From NCBI GenBank assembly GCA_037139335.1, contig JBAXGO010000003.1, positions 1 through 49,952 of the forward strand: 49,952 nt of DNA, in the 5' to 3' direction. The notes beneath the pieces are model-generated. The model was given only the letters and a program-made list of their open reading frames with translations. It did not search any database and was not told where the DNA came from. Of this stretch, positions 1 through 9,654 are shown piece after piece (the first letter of the stretch is position 1; each line of letters opens with the position of its first letter). This DNA is from a bacterium. Lineage in GTDB: Bacteria; Patescibacteriota; Dojkabacteria; JAOAGR01; JBAXGO01. The position numbers were made by a program, and so were the translations under genes.

Positions 1-12
1 AATAAATTTAAC

Positions 13-528
13 ATGCCAAATCAATATCAACAGCCTGTTATCATTCAGCCTCAAGGTCAAAACACTGGCCCTGTACCTATATATTCAGGTCAAAAAAAAT
101 CTGGCTTTCCTGGTTGGGGGTGGTGTCTTGTTGGTGGGTGTGGCTGTTTTGTCGTAATTGGAATTATAAGTGCAATTATCTTTGGTACTATGATAGCGGC
201 ATTGTTAAGTGCTGGGGCAGAGGCTTCGAGATTTGTTGAAAGAGTTTGTGATTCTGTAAATGAAAAGGGGTCTATCAAAAATGATATTTCAAACAGTATC
301 GCATCGGGATCTAATCTTGAATCTAACACCTTAAATTTAGATCGAGCTTTAACTAATTGCAAAACAGTTAATGAAGTTACTGGCGTAAATTATTCCAAAG
401 ATAATGGAAATGAAATACTTTCGATAAATTTTAAAATGGAATATAAAGATGGCTCAGTAAAACCATATCAATTAGATTTGGTAAAAGAGGGGACGGAATG
501 GAAGATTAAAAATATTATTCAAAAGTAA
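13..528 (+). CDS. Single-pass membrane protein: P/Q-rich N-tail, W/C-rich TM entry, small exported domain (paralog of 14015..14548)
   Basis: P/Q-rich N-terminus, KKS..W.W.L.G..GC motif, hydrophobic helix, C-terminal YKDG..K...D..KE..EWKI shared with ORF 14015. Confidence 0.75.
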   Translation: MPNQYQQPVIIQPQGQNTGPVPIYSGQKKSGFPGWGWCLVGGCGCFVVIGIISAIIFGTMIAALLSAGAEASRFVERVCDSVNEKGSIKNDISNSIASGSNLESNTLNLDRALTNCKTVNEVTGVNYSKDNGNEILSINFKMEYKDGSVKPYQLDLVKEGTEWKIKNIIQK

Positions 529-582
529 CATTTTTAATTTATTTATTTTATAATAAGCAAATTTTAGTTATTTGATTTTTAC

Positions 583-1215
583 ATGAAGTTTAAAAGAAAA
601 TCTTTGGAAATTGTAGAGTCTTCTGCAAAAAATAAAAAGAAAGATAAAATTACAATGATTGTTATTATATTTCTTGTCTTTTCTATAAGTGCTACAGGAG
701 CTTTTCTTTTTTTTATGAAAAAAGAAGCTGTTGATATTTCAGATGCCAAATTAGCAGAACCTACAGTATTATCTGTAAGTTCTATTAAAACAATGTCCTT
801 TAGTAATGAATATTACTCAGGAAATTATCCTGCTGAATGGACTCTTCAAGAAGCAAAAACAATGACTCGATTTACTAAGCCGGGCAATGATGTTATTAAG
901 GCTGAAATTAGATTGCGTACATTAGATAAGGTTTATACAGTGAAAGATTATTACGATACATATCTTAATATAATAAAAGCTAAAATTGGTTCTGATAAAA
1001 ATAATATCGATATTACAGATATTCCTTTAACAGTTGATGGACAGCAAACATATAAAATTATTTATAATATCGGTACAACAGCTTATCAAGAAACATTTGT
1101 AATAAAAGATAAAAATCTCTTTTCTTTATCTATATATGGATTGCAAGAAGTAGTTGCTTCCTCAGATACTGATAAATATTTTGAATCAATTACAAATTCT
1201 TTTAAATTAAAGTAA
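583..1215 (+). CDS. Membrane-anchored PsbP/DcrB-like (DUF1795-type) protein
   Basis: Basic N-terminus, one TM helix, then FSNEYYSGNYPAEW and VDGQQTYKIIY..YQETFVIKDKNLFSLS, the pattern typical of PsbP-like folds. Confidence 0.6.
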   Translation: MKFKRKSLEIVESSAKNKKKDKITMIVIIFLVFSISATGAFLFFMKKEAVDISDAKLAEPTVLSVSSIKTMSFSNEYYSGNYPAEWTLQEAKTMTRFTKPGNDVIKAEIRLRTLDKVYTVKDYYDTYLNIIKAKIGSDKNNIDITDIPLTVDGQQTYKIIYNIGTTAYQETFVIKDKNLFSLSIYGLQEVVASSDTDKYFESITNSFKLK

Positions 1216-1267
1216 GTACTATTTCAAATCGATAACATTGTGTATACTGAAATGTATTTTATTGCCT

Positions 1268-3316
1268 ATGTCTACATCGCTTGTTCTCGGAAATGGGAAT
1301 ACGCTTATTAATATTGATGAGCACCTGCAAATAACAGATTTATATTGGCCTCATGTGGGGAAAAACAACCATCTGATGGGGCATCATATCCGTACTTATT
1401 TCTGGGATTATGGTCAGCTTGTAAGCTTTGAAGATACCTCTGTTTTTAAAATTACTCCTGCTTTCAAAGAAAATTCTATATCTGGCAATTCAATTATTGA
1501 ATCAGAAAAAATGAGAGTAAGAATTGTAGTTGAAAACACAGTCTTGCCACATAAAGATATTTACATTGCTAGATATACAGTTACAAATTTTTGGGATATG
1601 AAAAGAGATTTGAAATTTTTTATGAATCATGATTTTTATCTCAAAGAACATAATGTTGGTGATACGACTTGTTGGTACCCATTAAGCAACATGCTTTTTC
1701 ATTATAAAGATAATATTTATATGGGAATTGGGAGTACTTCTGGTATTTCTCAATATGGCTGTGGTCAATCTCACTCTAATGGTGGCGTTGGATCTTTACC
1801 AAATTCTACAACTGGAAAATTAACTATGTGGGCAATTGATAGAGGTGCTGTAGAATCAACAATTGGTTTTGATATTTCGATAAATCCTTGTTCTACCAAA
1901 TCATTTGATTACATAATTACATGTGGGCACAAAATTTCAGATTGCGTGGATTTATTTAATTATGTCAAAGAGCAGGGGACAGATCATTTATTAGAAGATA
2001 CAGGTAATTTTTGGAAGTCATATGTGGTAACACCGTTTGAAAATTTCAAAATTAAAAATAATATAAATCAGCCTGTAGAAGAAGTTTTTGATGATAAAAA
2101 AATATCTGAAAGGATTAAGGATATCTTCTTACGATCTATTGGTGTTATTCGAACTCAAATAGATAATGATGGCGCTGTTATTGCCGGTAATGATTCGAGC
2201 CACTTGAAATATAGAAAGGATTCATATTGTTATTTATGGCATAGAGATGCTGCTTTAACAATTTCTGTATTGGATAAGCTAGGTTATACTTCTTTATCCG
2301 AAAAATTTTTTCGTCAATGTGCGACATTACTAGAACCTGAAGGCTTTTTTCTTCATACCTATACATCTACAGGAAGTCCAGGTACCTCGTGGCATCCTTG
2401 GGTTGATTCACTAGGAAATCCTCAATTACCAATACAGGAAGATGAAACTGGAACTGTCTTGTGGGCTCTTTGGAAAAGTTACGAGAATCATCATAATCAG
2501 GAATTGATATCGGAACTTTGGGATAGTTTGATTAAACCAGCTGCTGATTTTTTATGTGGATTCCGTTACTCAGATAATAAAAAATTCAATTTATTAGAAA
2601 GATTTGAAACAAGTAAGAAAAAAGCAGATCCATTAGAAAATTATATGAAAGGATCTAATTTACCTTTGGAAACATATGATATTTGGGAAGAGGTGAGAGG
2701 AATACATACGTACACTTGTGCCTCTGTTTATGGCGGTTTAATTGGTGCTTCCATATTAGCTTTGAAACTTGGTCAACATGACGAAGCTGAAAAGTACGCG
2801 ACTATTGCGCATGAAATTAGAGAAGCTGTAATCAAATATTTATACGATGAAGAATCGGGACATTTTATTCATGGCTTATACAAAGATTTTCCAAATAATA
2901 AATGGTCCAAATCTATGCGTGCCGATTCTAGTATTTCAGGGCTATGGTTTTTTGAAATGTTATCCGCAGATGATTCTAAAGTAGTGAAGACTATGGAATG
3001 GTTAGAAAAAGAATTATGGAATGATAATTCTGTAGGAGGAATTATTCGATATGATAATGATGATTACTACAGGCAAAACAAAAATACAAAAGGGAATCCG
3101 TGGTTTATAACTACACTATGGTTCGCACAATATTATATAAAAAGAGAAGATAATAAAAAGGCTGAAAAATATTTGCAATGGGTGGTCGATAATATTTCGG
3201 GCACCGATTTAATCTCAGAACAAATAGATTGCAATACGGGAATTGATATGTCGATAAAACCATTAACATGGAGTCACGCTGAGTTTATTAGAACGGTATA
3301 TGAATTATTGATTTAA
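1268..3316 (+). CDS. Glycoside hydrolase family 15 (glucoamylase/glucodextranase-like)
   Basis: YCYLWHRDAA, QEDETG, YDIWEE (acid), RYDNDDY..GNPWFITTLW, SEQ and PLTWSHAEF motifs; ATG at 1268 preferred to the track start at 1238. Confidence 0.9.
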   Translation: MSTSLVLGNGNTLINIDEHLQITDLYWPHVGKNNHLMGHHIRTYFWDYGQLVSFEDTSVFKITPAFKENSISGNSIIESEKMRVRIVVENTVLPHKDIYIARYTVTNFWDMKRDLKFFMNHDFYLKEHNVGDTTCWYPLSNMLFHYKDNIYMGIGSTSGISQYGCGQSHSNGGVGSLPNSTTGKLTMWAIDRGAVESTIGFDISINPCSTKSFDYIITCGHKISDCVDLFNYVKEQGTDHLLEDTGNFWKSYVVTPFENFKIKNNINQPVEEVFDDKKISERIKDIFLRSIGVIRTQIDNDGAVIAGNDSSHLKYRKDSYCYLWHRDAALTISVLDKLGYTSLSEKFFRQCATLLEPEGFFLHTYTSTGSPGTSWHPWVDSLGNPQLPIQEDETGTVLWALWKSYENHHNQELISELWDSLIKPAADFLCGFRYSDNKKFNLLERFETSKKKADPLENYMKGSNLPLETYDIWEEVRGIHTYTCASVYGGLIGASILALKLGQHDEAEKYATIAHEIREAVIKYLYDEESGHFIHGLYKDFPNNKWSKSMRADSSISGLWFFEMLSADDSKVVKTMEWLEKELWNDNSVGGIIRYDNDDYYRQNKNTKGNPWFITTLWFAQYYIKREDNKKAEKYLQWVVDNISGTDLISEQIDCNTGIDMSIKPLTWSHAEFIRTVYELLI

Positions 3317-3335
3317 AAGAAAGCTCTTTGACTAA

Positions 3336-3989
3336 TTACCCAGCATCCACAAGCATATCTGCTCCTGCCATACATCTGGGGCAGTAGTTTATCTTTTCGT
3401 GTCCTTCATAAATGTATCCACAATTACTGCATTTGAATTTATGCATGTGGGTTAGTTTTTCTTCATCTTCACCGTTAACTTCTGAATATCTTTCTCCAAG
3501 ATTAATAGGATCCATTGGTGTTAGGAAACTTAGGGCTACATATCCCATCATTACTATTGATAATATTATTCCGAATGTTGTTCCAGGAAAACTGAATATG
3601 AAATTATCGATTAATAATGACGTGCATAGCATTACTAGACCCAATGGTGCAAAATAAATAATTTTACTAATTATTGTCGTGACAACAAAATTAAATCCAA
3701 TTATTATTATCCATATAGTACTTATGTGCTGTATCGGTAATAATTTGTTATTGTTATCGATACTCAAAAATTGAAGTGCAGATAATATTGTTCCAAGTAA
3801 TAATGTTATTATCCAATATATACAAAGATATTTATCTTGTTTCCATCCGTACAAAACCATCACACCGCATCCAATTATTAGTATAATCGACCATAATATT
3901 GCAAGTGCCAAAAAGTTTTGTACTAAATCGGTAAAAATAAAGCCTCCGAGAATTAATATTATCCAAGTATAGGCAATTTTTTTATTCAT
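3336..3989 (-). CDS. Multi-pass membrane protein with C-terminal rubredoxin-like metal-binding domain
   Basis: About 6 hydrophobic segments, acidic linker, then FKCSNCGYIYEG...YCPRC; ATG at 3989 preferred. Confidence 0.75.
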   Translation of the reverse strand: MNKKIAYTWIILILGGFIFTDLVQNFLALAILWSIILIIGCGVMVLYGWKQDKYLCIYWIITLLLGTILSALQFLSIDNNNKLLPIQHISTIWIIIIGFNFVVTTIISKIIYFAPLGLVMLCTSLLIDNFIFSFPGTTFGIILSIVMMGYVALSFLTPMDPINLGERYSEVNGEDEEKLTHMHKFKCSNCGYIYEGHEKINYCPRCMAGADMLVDAG

Positions 3990-4086
3990 AGAAGAGTTTA
4001 TAAAAATACATCTTAGCAACAATGTATCATACTGCTAATTACATGTATATATTATTTCATTATATATAAAAAATTATACTTTATAT

Positions 4087-4116
4087 TTGACATTTAACAG
4101 CAAAGGAATATATATT
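4087..4116 (+). promoter_or_regulatory. Sigma70-type promoter for 4139
   Basis: TTGACA at 4087-4092 with TATATA/TATATT 16-18 nt downstream. Confidence 0.55.
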
Positions 4117-4138
4117 ATTGAGTAGTAAATTTTATTGA

Positions 4139-4903
4139 ATGAACTTATTAAGTAATAACAGCAGCTCTGATCGTAACAAATATGTTATTGATATGATGCG
4201 AAAAAATAAGCTGGAGACTATTACAGTTGCAAATAACAAAAAAAATTATTTTAAATTTTTCACTAGTAAGAAAAATTATTTTTATGTCATTTTTATGATT
4301 CTTTCTCTTGCCATGCCAGTTACACTTTTTACGAATGGCAATCTTCAATTTGTTGTGAATGCTGATAAATTGAATGTTGTTGCAGAGCCCCTTTCTCAAA
4401 CATCAAATACTGAAATAGCTGTAGATACTATTCCGTTAACACCAAAAGAAAGAAAAAATGTTGTTTCGTCTTATGTAATTGGGGATAAGAGAGCATTAGC
4501 TTTGAAAAAATTTCTTGATTCTCAAAAATCTCCTTTAGCCGAAGTATCTTCTGAAATAGTTACAAATGCTGATAAATATGGTGTTGATTATACTCTTTTA
4601 GTTTCTATCTCAGGTATTGAATCTGGATTTTGCCGAGTTACTACAATGAGAATGGATAATCCAGACTTAGAATCTCATAATTGTTGGGGGTGGGGAAAGA
4701 ATGGGAATAGATTCTGGGAATTTAATTCATGGGCAGAAGGTGTGCAAAGAGTAACTAGAGGTATTTCTGAAGTATATGGTAATAATCCTACTCCAGAAGA
4801 AATGCAAGATATGTACTGTCATTCATGCAGAGGAGATGATAGATGGAAGAGTGGAGTTAGGGATTATATGAATGATATCAAAAAGATTGAAAGAGAAATT
4901 TAA
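4139..4903 (+). CDS. Membrane-anchored lysozyme-fold (glucosaminidase/transglycosylase-like) protein
   Basis: TM helix, then SPLAE...ADKYGVDYTLLVSISGIESGF, NCWGWG and FNSWAEG. Confidence 0.65.
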   Translation: MNLLSNNSSSDRNKYVIDMMRKNKLETITVANNKKNYFKFFTSKKNYFYVIFMILSLAMPVTLFTNGNLQFVVNADKLNVVAEPLSQTSNTEIAVDTIPLTPKERKNVVSSYVIGDKRALALKKFLDSQKSPLAEVSSEIVTNADKYGVDYTLLVSISGIESGFCRVTTMRMDNPDLESHNCWGWGKNGNRFWEFNSWAEGVQRVTRGISEVYGNNPTPEEMQDMYCHSCRGDDRWKSGVRDYMNDIKKIEREI

Positions 4904-4972
4904 AGAAAGATTTTTCTTTCTGTGAAATCTCAAAAAAAAGTGATATATTGTCTTGAATGTATTTTTTTTACA

Positions 4973-7654
4973 ATGATAAAAACCAGACAAAAACCAATTA
5001 TCGTAAGATTCTGGCAAAATTTAAATCAAAACTGGAGTGTTGCTGTGGGATTTCTGGTTCTGCTTTTTATTCTTCCTGTTGCAGTATTAGTTACAATAAA
5101 TACAGATCAGAAACAAACAACTTCTTCAAGCGCTGATTCTAGCAAGCCTATAATTAGAATTTCTCCAAGCAGTGGTCAAGGATATAATCAACCTTTTATT
5201 ATTGAAGTTTCTGATACAAATGTTGATACATTAGAAACTGTAGATCTTTGGTTTGGAACTACACCGCCATCTACGAAAAGTGTTTCAGGCCATTATGCAA
5301 CAATTAGTTTGCAAAATTATAGTGTTGGATCTGGATTAGATTGGAGAGCTAATGTATATAAGACTGATTCCAAAGGTTTCACAACAAATATTACAACTCT
5401 TGTTCCTGATGCAAATATTTCTTCCGTTGCTTCTGAAGTTTATTCTGAATATTCAAATGTTAATGCAGAAATAATTACATCTCTCACAAAAAATAATAAA
5501 ACCTCTGCAGGAATTAAATATCAAAAAGTGACAAAAAAATCTCAAAACTTATTGCAGTTTAATGTTCAAGTTCAATTTGAAGATTCTTTCGAACCTAAAG
5601 ATATTGATATATATATGAAGGCTAGGAGGGCATATGCATACGGTGGTAATACTTCATCTATAAATAATGAAGAATGGACGAAGGTCGGTATATGGAATAC
5701 TAGTCCTCGGCAAGATTCTCCTTTACCAAACAAGCCTCCAAAAATTCAATCGATACCTTCATCTAAATCAACAGTAAATGTCGTTTATAAATATAAAATT
5801 TCAGCAGTAGATCCAGATGGCGATTCTATGACTTATTCAATATTTTCTAGTCCAAAACCAGCATTCTTGACTTTGAATGGTGATACTTTAACTGGTACTC
5901 CAAAAACAACAGATGTTGGACAACATTCCATAATTATAATGGTTGCAGATCAGTATGGAAATAATAGTACTCAATCATGGACTATTAATGTTGTTTCGGG
6001 AAATCAACAAACACCAACATTAACAATATCATCACCAAAAACAGGTGATAAATTCACAGGAACTACAAATAAGATTACTTGGAACTTGAGTTCGGTAGCG
6101 GGTATTTCAAATATGAAAGTTTCATATGCTTCGGAAGGAAGTACTACATATACTGCAGTGCAAACATTAGATGCATCAAAAACTGAGTTCGTGTGGGATA
6201 GTTCCAAAATTGCAAATGGAAAATATACAGTTAAACTTGAAGCTCTTGATTCAACTGGTACTGCTATAGTAGGCGCTACTAGTGATGTTTTCACTATTAA
6301 TAATACTGTCGATGATACTAAAATTCAAAGTCCTAAATTATTAGGACAGACTCCACTAGGAACATTAGTAGATCGTGTACCAAAAATAACGGCAACAATT
6401 GTTGATGGTAGTGCACCAATTGATATTTCTACTTTGAAAGTAACTTTAAAAAATACAGATTCAGGTGCTGACGCTGTTGATATTACAAATAAATTAGATA
6501 AAAGTGCTAATACATTTACATATACACCATCTATTGATTTGGACTATGGCAATTACGAGGTGCGTGTAACTGTTTCTGGGTCTGACGCTAGTGGTGAGAG
6601 AGGAAAAATGAATGAACCTTGGTATTTTACAATTTCTTCAAATTCTAACAATGTAATAATAGAAGAAAAAGTAACTCCTACTAATAAAATTAAATTACCA
6701 CTAATAGGTCTTGAGGTTGATACCTGGTTAGGTACTATTATCATTGCAATATTTGTTATTTTACTATTTGGTATCTTGGTATTTGCGATATTTATGCTTG
6801 TTAAAATTTTGAAATCCAAAGATGATGAAATGACTCAAATAACTAAGTATTATCAGCAAGATAATCCAGATATAACAAAAAAAACAACTATTACAACAGA
6901 TCCTTTTGATCAAGGTGGTGATTTTTCTACACAGCCGGTTCAATCTTATGATCAGCCAAATACTGAAATGCAGCCAATTGATTATAATTATTCAAATGTT
7001 GCTTTAACTTCAGATCCATTAGATCCTTTCCAACAAGATCAAAAATTTGTTCAAGAACCAGCTCAACAAGATATCCAAATGCCTCAAAATGAACAATCAG
7101 TACAATCAGATCCATTTATGCCTGCAACTGAAAATATTCAAAACACAGCAGTACCACCTTATTACACAACTAATGTTACTGATACAACACCAGAGACCTT
7201 TTCACAGCCAATAACAAGAGCCGATCAGAATTTTCCCACAAATGAAAATATTGATACTCAAAATACTTATAATACAACAAACAATACTTTTCCTACGGAA
7301 CAAATGCCTACTTTTGGGAATTCAACTGTAGATTTATCTCAAACTCAAGCTCCAAATAATGCTTATTTATATGGTGATTCAACTAGTCAATTACCAAATA
7401 CTGAACAATCAGTAGAGGGATATAATTTGCAAAATAACGGTCAATTTGATCTTTCTAATCAGGATCTTTCAAATACTCAAACCTTTAATGTGCCAAATGC
7501 AAATAGCATCGATGCGAATACGTCTGTAATGCCTGAGCCTTATCAAGTAAATGTAGACAATAATTCAAACAATCAAAATCCTTTATCAGCAGAAGATATT
7601 AAACAAACTAAAATAATCCATAAAGACGACGAACCATACGATCCTTTTAAATAA
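4973..7654 (+). CDS. Large surface protein with Ig/cadherin-like domains, second TM helix and Q/N/T/D-rich tail
   Basis: N-terminal TM; NKPPKIQS..YKYKISAVDPDGDSMTYS..FLTLNGDTLTGTP (putative Ig repeat); further beta-rich domains; TM near residues 600-630; low-complexity acidic tail; ATG at 4973. Confidence 0.75.
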   Translation: MIKTRQKPIIVRFWQNLNQNWSVAVGFLVLLFILPVAVLVTINTDQKQTTSSSADSSKPIIRISPSSGQGYNQPFIIEVSDTNVDTLETVDLWFGTTPPSTKSVSGHYATISLQNYSVGSGLDWRANVYKTDSKGFTTNITTLVPDANISSVASEVYSEYSNVNAEIITSLTKNNKTSAGIKYQKVTKKSQNLLQFNVQVQFEDSFEPKDIDIYMKARRAYAYGGNTSSINNEEWTKVGIWNTSPRQDSPLPNKPPKIQSIPSSKSTVNVVYKYKISAVDPDGDSMTYSIFSSPKPAFLTLNGDTLTGTPKTTDVGQHSIIIMVADQYGNNSTQSWTINVVSGNQQTPTLTISSPKTGDKFTGTTNKITWNLSSVAGISNMKVSYASEGSTTYTAVQTLDASKTEFVWDSSKIANGKYTVKLEALDSTGTAIVGATSDVFTINNTVDDTKIQSPKLLGQTPLGTLVDRVPKITATIVDGSAPIDISTLKVTLKNTDSGADAVDITNKLDKSANTFTYTPSIDLDYGNYEVRVTVSGSDASGERGKMNEPWYFTISSNSNNVIIEEKVTPTNKIKLPLIGLEVDTWLGTIIIAIFVILLFGILVFAIFMLVKILKSKDDEMTQITKYYQQDNPDITKKTTITTDPFDQGGDFSTQPVQSYDQPNTEMQPIDYNYSNVALTSDPLDPFQQDQKFVQEPAQQDIQMPQNEQSVQSDPFMPATENIQNTAVPPYYTTNVTDTTPETFSQPITRADQNFPTNENIDTQNTYNTTNNTFPTEQMPTFGNSTVDLSQTQAPNNAYLYGDSTSQLPNTEQSVEGYNLQNNGQFDLSNQDLSNTQTFNVPNANSIDANTSVMPEPYQVNVDNNSNNQNPLSAEDIKQTKIIHKDDEPYDPFK

Positions 7655-7665
7655 ATTTTCTATTC

Positions 7666-8670
7666 ATGTTTTCTATTAATATTGATGGTTTGGACAAAGT
7701 AGGCAAACATACATCCGTTTTGGCAACAATAAATCAATTATTAAAAAATAATAAAAAAGTTTTATACATGGATTTGCCCCAATATTGGTTTTTTGGGAAT
7801 ATTGTTAGCAAGGTATTGAAATCAGAAAATATTGGTGTAGATAATAGGCGTGAAATTGAAATTAGATGTGTTTTATATTCCTTAGATAGAATTCTTTCCG
7901 TATTATATTTTCAAGAATGTGGACTAAATTTTGATGATTATATTTTAGTATCAGATAGAGGATGGACAAGTTTAACCATTACTATTGGCTACGCAATAGC
8001 TCAAGGTAAGATATCTGAGGATGATGTCCCAGAATTTATCAATAAAATATCGTATTGGGATAGAGAATATATTAAATATTTCAAACCAAAAACAATTTTT
8101 CTTACAGTAGGAGATGATGGACAAAGTGCAATGGATAAAGGAATTTTTCAAAGAGAAGATGTCTTCGAACAGCCGGAACCTCAGAAGCAATCCTTAAGGT
8201 TATATAAACAATATATGAATTTGCCAGTAGTTCTAACGCAAATAAATGGTGAATGGAGACCTGTTAATCAAATTGTTGAAGATGTTTTTGTAAAATTAGG
8301 ATTAAATTTAGAATTAGATTCATCTACTGAAATAAATAATGTTGATGATCTATTTATTTTTGGTCCAAGTAAATATTTTCCTTTCTTATATGGAGATGAA
8401 TGGAAAGTGCAAAAAGAAAAATTTGGTGATAGTCTTGAGAAATTATTATATTACAATACTATAAATGATAAAAATGCATTAAAAGAAATTGAAAAAGAAA
8501 TTTCCGAAACAGCAATAAATAATCTACCAAATAAAAAATATTTTAATATTCCTGAATCAATTAAAATGTGGTTCAAAACCACTTTTTCTGAATATGAAGA
8601 ATTAGAGAAAATAATTGCACAATATTCAAATAACGAATTTGCAGCATATATAAAATCTTTTGGTGACTAA
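7666..8670 (+). CDS. Thymidylate kinase-like P-loop kinase with C-terminal extension
   Basis: INIDGLDKVGKHT P-loop and LVSDRGWTS (DR motif), plus about 110 extra C-terminal residues. Confidence 0.6.
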   Translation: MFSINIDGLDKVGKHTSVLATINQLLKNNKKVLYMDLPQYWFFGNIVSKVLKSENIGVDNRREIEIRCVLYSLDRILSVLYFQECGLNFDDYILVSDRGWTSLTITIGYAIAQGKISEDDVPEFINKISYWDREYIKYFKPKTIFLTVGDDGQSAMDKGIFQREDVFEQPEPQKQSLRLYKQYMNLPVVLTQINGEWRPVNQIVEDVFVKLGLNLELDSSTEINNVDDLFIFGPSKYFPFLYGDEWKVQKEKFGDSLEKLLYYNTINDKNALKEIEKEISETAINNLPNKKYFNIPESIKMWFKTTFSEYEELEKIIAQYSNNEFAAYIKSFGD

Positions 8671-8716
8671 TTCAAAATTAGTGATAAAATATACAATTAA
8701 CTGTTAATCTTGAAAA

Positions 8717-9094
8717 ATGAATATATATAGAGGAGATATTAAAGAACTTGCTCTCGAAAACACAGACTTTCGAAGAGTTTTATATACTGGGAATAATGCA
8801 CAAATTGTAGTTATGTGTTTGAAACCTGGAGAAGATATTGGTGAAGAAGTACATGATCTAGATCAGATATTAACCTTTATTGAAGGAACTGGCAAATCAG
8901 TTTTAGATGATAAAGAGTATGAAATCAGACAGGATCTTGTTTTTTATGTGCCAAAAGGAACCAAACATAATTTCATAAATACAGGTAGTGGTCATATGAA
9001 ATTATATACAATTTATTCACCAGCACAGCATCGTGACGGCACAATTCATGTTACGAAACAAGATGCCATGATGGATGACGAAGATCACGCATAA
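8717..9094 (+). CDS. Cupin-domain protein
   Basis: LKPGEDIGEEVH..DQ..FIEG and VPKGTKHNFIN cupin motifs. Confidence 0.9.
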   Translation: MNIYRGDIKELALENTDFRRVLYTGNNAQIVVMCLKPGEDIGEEVHDLDQILTFIEGTGKSVLDDKEYEIRQDLVFYVPKGTKHNFINTGSGHMKLYTIYSPAQHRDGTIHVTKQDAMMDDEDHA

Positions 9095-9161
9095 CTTTCA
9101 ATAATTTAATACAATTCAATTTCTTTATGCTAAAACACATATTGGGATAAAGAAATTTTGG

Positions 9162-9593
9162 TTACATTAATTTTGCGTAAATATGCCAGTGTCTGACCTC
9201 TGGAACAGATCTATTATTTTTTATCTTTTCAAAATATATTATTTCTTCTTTTTTCCACCCCTTAATTTTCAGAGCTTCATCTAAAATATTTTCGAAATCA
9301 GTATTTGATATATTATAGTCAGCAATCCATAAAACCCAATGTTCACAATCTTCTGGCAAAAATACTGGATATTCTTCTTTCAATAATGTCCAATATTTTT
9401 CTTCCATTACAAAGCTTTTTATATACTTACCATAATCTGGATATAAGATTTCATTCTTTTTTCTAAATTCAATAAATTTGCAAAAAACTTCTTGAGATCT
9501 ATTTATGATAATCCTATTTGATATTATATCTTTCTCAATTTTTTTTAATTCATAAAAATTATCTATTTCATAATAACAACTTAGACGTGCCAT
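9162..9593 (-). CDS. DUF3605/GIG1-like (HIT-like fold) protein
   Basis: EEYPVFLPEDCEHWVLW and IIYFE....RSVPEVRHWHIY resemble the recalled DUF3605 N.fPY...H.vlW and SV..v.H.HV motifs. Confidence 0.55.
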   Translation of the reverse strand: MARLSCYYEIDNFYELKKIEKDIISNRIIINRSQEVFCKFIEFRKKNEILYPDYGKYIKSFVMEEKYWTLLKEEYPVFLPEDCEHWVLWIADYNISNTDFENILDEALKIKGWKKEEIIYFEKIKNNRSVPEVRHWHIYAKLM

Positions 9594-9654
9594 AATAATA
9601 AGAATAGAGGAATAAATGGTAATAGATATTAGTCTTATTTTTGAATAATTAAAA

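Noticed and set aside
6840-7654. Apparent repeats in the Q/N/T-rich tail (DPF, QN motifs)
   Set aside because: Compositional bias only; no regular nucleotide repeat unit
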